A stretch of 32,000 nt of DNA from Candidatus Baldrarchaeum yapensis (GTDB taxonomy: Archaea; Asgardarchaeota; Baldrarchaeia; Baldrarchaeales; Baldrarchaeaceae): NCBI GenBank assembly GCA_016840465.1, contig JAEOSH010000007.1, positions 1 through 32,000 on the forward strand, in the 5' to 3' direction. The notes under the pieces were generated by a model. That model saw nothing but the letters and a program-made list of their open reading frames with translations, had not been told where the DNA came from and did no database searches. Made by a program: the position numbers and the translations under genes. Shown in pieces: positions 29,436 to 32,000 of the stretch (positions within the stretch are counted from its first letter, which is position 1; every line of letters begins with the position of its first letter).

Positions 29436-30686
29436 ATGCCTCATACGCCGAGGGAAAGAGGCCTCTGTGCAAAATGTAAGGGATCAAGAAGATTGTGCGG
29501 GAGGCCGAAATGCCCAATATTGTTCAGAGTCGAGGCAATGAAGCAGGTCGCAATAAATTTGGAAAATAAAGAAGAAATGTTCGGATCCACCCCGCCATCT
29601 ACGCTCGTTGGTGAGTGGAATTACCCGCAAATTTACGTTGGAGGTTTAATTCCGCCCGAAATTGGTGATAATGCTGCATTTTTTGATTCTCCAAGACTAT
29701 GGCTCGTCAAGGGGGTAACCCTCGACGAGATAATCAGGTTGCGGTCATCAATGGTCAACTCTCGAACTCAGGTTCACGTTAGGGATGCTGCTTTCCCGAG
29801 AAACAAGGTTTTAGAACGAATTCAGGAGATGGTCATCTCCTCGAGGCCCATCGACGTAGAGGTTCACTTTGAAAAGAGGCCAAGATTCAGATTCACGTTC
29901 GATGGTATCATAACACCCGTGGGGGTAACCGCGCACACAAGGGATCTAATACTTGCGCAGAACCCGTCAGTACCTAGAGTTGTCGATAGGATTGTGTGCG
30001 ATTACGATCTGAAAGCGTCACAAGCAATACTAAAGCTGTATTCCCATGGCATCGATGTGTATCACATACAAAGGCTACTAAGTACCGGATTACTCGGTAT
30101 AAAGAAGCAAAGGCGCATCGTTCCCACTAGATGGTCGATAACAGCAGTTGACAAAATCATCGGTGACTTCTTACTGAAGGAAGTAAAGTGCATGCCGCTC
30201 ATAAATGAAATTTTACTTTTCCATCATGAGTATCTCGGGAATCATTACGAAATCCTACTTATACCCCGTCCATACAGCTTCGAAATGATAGAGATATGGA
30301 TGCCGCGGAGTGTGTGGGTCAGCGGAAAGAATCCTTCTGTTTTTGTAAACTGGGAGCTACATGATGGAAGAGCACAGGAGATGGATGGCGGATACTATGC
30401 GGTTAGGTTACCGGTACTTGAGTATTTAAGGCGCATAAAAAGGCAGGCATGTGTGATAGCGGTAAGAGAAATAAGACCGGAATATTATGCTCCTGTCGGC
30501 AACTGGCAAATAAGAGAAAACGTGAGAGCGGCGCTTTCGAGAAATCCTGAGGTGTTTGATGACGTACGCGAGGCCATTGCGAGAATGTCATCACGTTTGA
30601 AAACATCACTCCACCTGTGGCTTCCAAAGTCGTATTTACTCAAATTGTTGGAGAAGCAAACAATATTGGACTCATTTCTCCGATGA
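29436..30686 (+). CDS. nreA: Archaeal DNA repair protein NreA (DUF650/DUF651)
   Basis: N-terminal C..CKG.R.LCGRP.CP, STPP, VPTRWSITAVD, GGYYA, EI...Y.APVG.WQIRE and C-terminal PIP box QTILDSFL. Confidence 0.93.
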   Translation: MPHTPRERGLCAKCKGSRRLCGRPKCPILFRVEAMKQVAINLENKEEMFGSTPPSTLVGEWNYPQIYVGGLIPPEIGDNAAFFDSPRLWLVKGVTLDEIIRLRSSMVNSRTQVHVRDAAFPRNKVLERIQEMVISSRPIDVEVHFEKRPRFRFTFDGIITPVGVTAHTRDLILAQNPSVPRVVDRIVCDYDLKASQAILKLYSHGIDVYHIQRLLSTGLLGIKKQRRIVPTRWSITAVDKIIGDFLLKEVKCMPLINEILLFHHEYLGNHYEILLIPRPYSFEMIEIWMPRSVWVSGKNPSVFVNWELHDGRAQEMDGGYYAVRLPVLEYLRRIKRQACVIAVREIRPEYYAPVGNWQIRENVRAALSRNPEVFDDVREAIARMSSRLKTSLHLWLPKSYLLKLLEKQTILDSFLR

Positions 30687-30697
30687 GCACAATTTCT

Positions 30698-31630
30698 CTA
30701 TTGGATCTTCAGAACAACATTATCTCCGACCGATAGACCTATATGCTCCGCTATCGGCGGGCACTTGACCCTCAATATCAAGAATACCGGTTTCTCGAGG
30801 CGCCCTATGAAGTGCGTGAACGTCTCGTAATTTGATTGTCCTTTTGCAATTACGAAATCGCAACTCCTATAAACTTCGATGAACTTCCTAGACATTCTCC
30901 TAAAATCGACTCCCAAGATGTTATTTCCGGTGCTTATGATCTCGGCATACTTGTCGATACCCACGTATCTCGCATCCTCTACCGTGGCGTCATTGGAAAT
31001 CGGCGCGTCCTTTGCAGCATAATAAACTTTCAATCCCATCTCTACCAAGAATCTGACAAGTATTCTGTCAAATGCCGTCTCTCCCGCGTTATCTCCAATG
31101 TATAACACGATCCTGCTCTCCTTAATTTTCTTTAACAGCAATGACAGGTCGTTTACTGCAAAGCCACGCTCAAGAATCTCTTTGTATATTCCAGTTAACT
31201 GATTGAGATCAAATTTGTGCAGAGCACTTCCATAATCTATGACGTTCCCCGTAATTGCGGCAGCAACCGCTTTGTATAACCGTTTATAGACATCCTTCTC
31301 CGAGAACACATCCTCTTCTACCTTCGCCGCAACCGCCATCCCCATCCTATTGCTCTCTTCCTTTAACACTTTATAGGGATCCGGGTTTCCCGTCACGTCT
31401 GCAATCTCCCAGTAGAGTTCTGTCGCAATCCACGCCGGTCTATCCATAACCATCTCATCAAACCTATCATGCAATATCGCCAGCACCCTTTTTATCGCTT
31501 TGAACTTCTTTTCCTCATCTGGCGTTGAGAGATCTATCGTTTTTATCGCAACATCCAGAAGACAGAGAAAACACACGGGTTTTGTGATGCTTCTCCTTAA
31601 CTCCTCTGGTGAGACCTTCCTTTCGCCCAT
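30698..31630 (-). CDS. DUF89/ARMT1-like damage-control phosphatase
   Basis: C..CL, DPY...K, GNVID, DNAGE.AFD, ND and KGQSNYE. Likely ATG at 31630 or 31636 after GTGGTG. Confidence 0.9.
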   Translation of the reverse strand: MGERKVSPEELRRSITKPVCFLCLLDVAIKTIDLSTPDEEKKFKAIKRVLAILHDRFDEMVMDRPAWIATELYWEIADVTGNPDPYKVLKEESNRMGMAVAAKVEEDVFSEKDVYKRLYKAVAAAITGNVIDYGSALHKFDLNQLTGIYKEILERGFAVNDLSLLLKKIKESRIVLYIGDNAGETAFDRILVRFLVEMGLKVYYAAKDAPISNDATVEDARYVGIDKYAEIISTGNNILGVDFRRMSRKFIEVYRSCDFVIAKGQSNYETFTHFIGRLEKPVFLILRVKCPPIAEHIGLSVGDNVVLKIQ

Positions 31631-31653
31631 CAGCATCACCACAATATGGGGAT

Positions 31654-32000
31654 TTATTTGTCTGTTTGTAAAATCCTCGCAAGCATCTCGATTATGAATA
31701 TCGAGCATAGCGAACACGTTATGCCGTTACTGTCATAGGTTGGCGTCACTTCTACCAAGTCAAATCCCACAACATCTCCCCTAATACCGCGAATCAGAGT
31801 TATAAGTTCGGTGGGAGAAAGACCAGCTGGCTCGGGGTTCGATACCCCAGGAGCCCATGCGGGATCTATGACGTCGACATCTAAACTGACATACACGACG
31901 TCAGTATCCTCGAAAATTTCCGTGATTTTCCTTATAATCATCCTAATATCCTTTTTTACAACATCAGAACTAATTACGTTGAGCCCCAATTTTCTAGCGT
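31654..32000 (-). CDS. speB: Agmatinase/ureohydrolase, C-terminal part (runs off the window)
   Basis: YVSLDVDVIDPAWAPGV..PE..GL and GFDLVEV.P.YD. Confidence 0.85.
   Translation of the reverse strand, partial: ARKLGLNVISSDVVKKDIRMIIRKITEIFEDTDVVYVSLDVDVIDPAWAPGVSNPEPAGLSPTELITLIRGIRGDVVGFDLVEVTPTYDSNGITCSLCSIFIIEMLARILQTDK

Noticed and set aside
31631-31717. N-terminal extension of the DUF89 ORF
   Set aside because: It overlaps the agmatinase 3' end; an RBS-supported ATG lies at 31630/31636.

Overview
Archaeal chromosomal window with dense housekeeping content. Taxonomy is inferred only: initiator tRNA with an A1-U72 pair and a BHB intron, PoK/PPS CoA pathway, Cdc48, NreA, short XPF-type nuclease, TFS2-like factor and a probable longin protein together point to a TACK/Asgard-like lineage. 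About 35 protein genes can be supported: M29 aminopeptidase, DUF6125, DUF3267, pantoate kinase and phosphopantothenate synthetase, DMT transporter, a degenerate polysaccharide deacetylase, AN1-zinc-finger/site-2 protease, cdc48, geranylgeranyl reductase, a truncated TFS, two radical SAM enzymes, an ERCC4 nuclease-rtcB-sir2 run, UPF0282, bacterial-type class I GAPDH, guaB, nitroreductase, winged-helix proteins, an NPP-family phosphodiesterase, a TldD-like protein without its metal site, a COG1340-like coiled coil, nreA, a DUF89 phosphatase and a partial agmatinase. Items not in the ORF track: tRNA-iMet(CAT) with a 39-nt intron at non-canonical position 30/31; a C/D box guide sRNA (2019-2074) with one guide matching 16S rRNA helix 31; a decayed M24 peptidase pseudogene; a 22-codon ORF with its own RBS in frame upstream of the ERCC4 nuclease; and a longin-like gene that probably starts at CTG 28384. 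The best candidates for undescribed systems are (i) the small ORF-XPF-RtcB-Sir2 unit, where Sir2 carries a PIP-box-like tail, and (ii) an AN1-S2P plus Cdc48 membrane quality-control pair. No CRISPR array, transposase, integrase or rRNA was seen. All family names come from motif recognition, not database searches.
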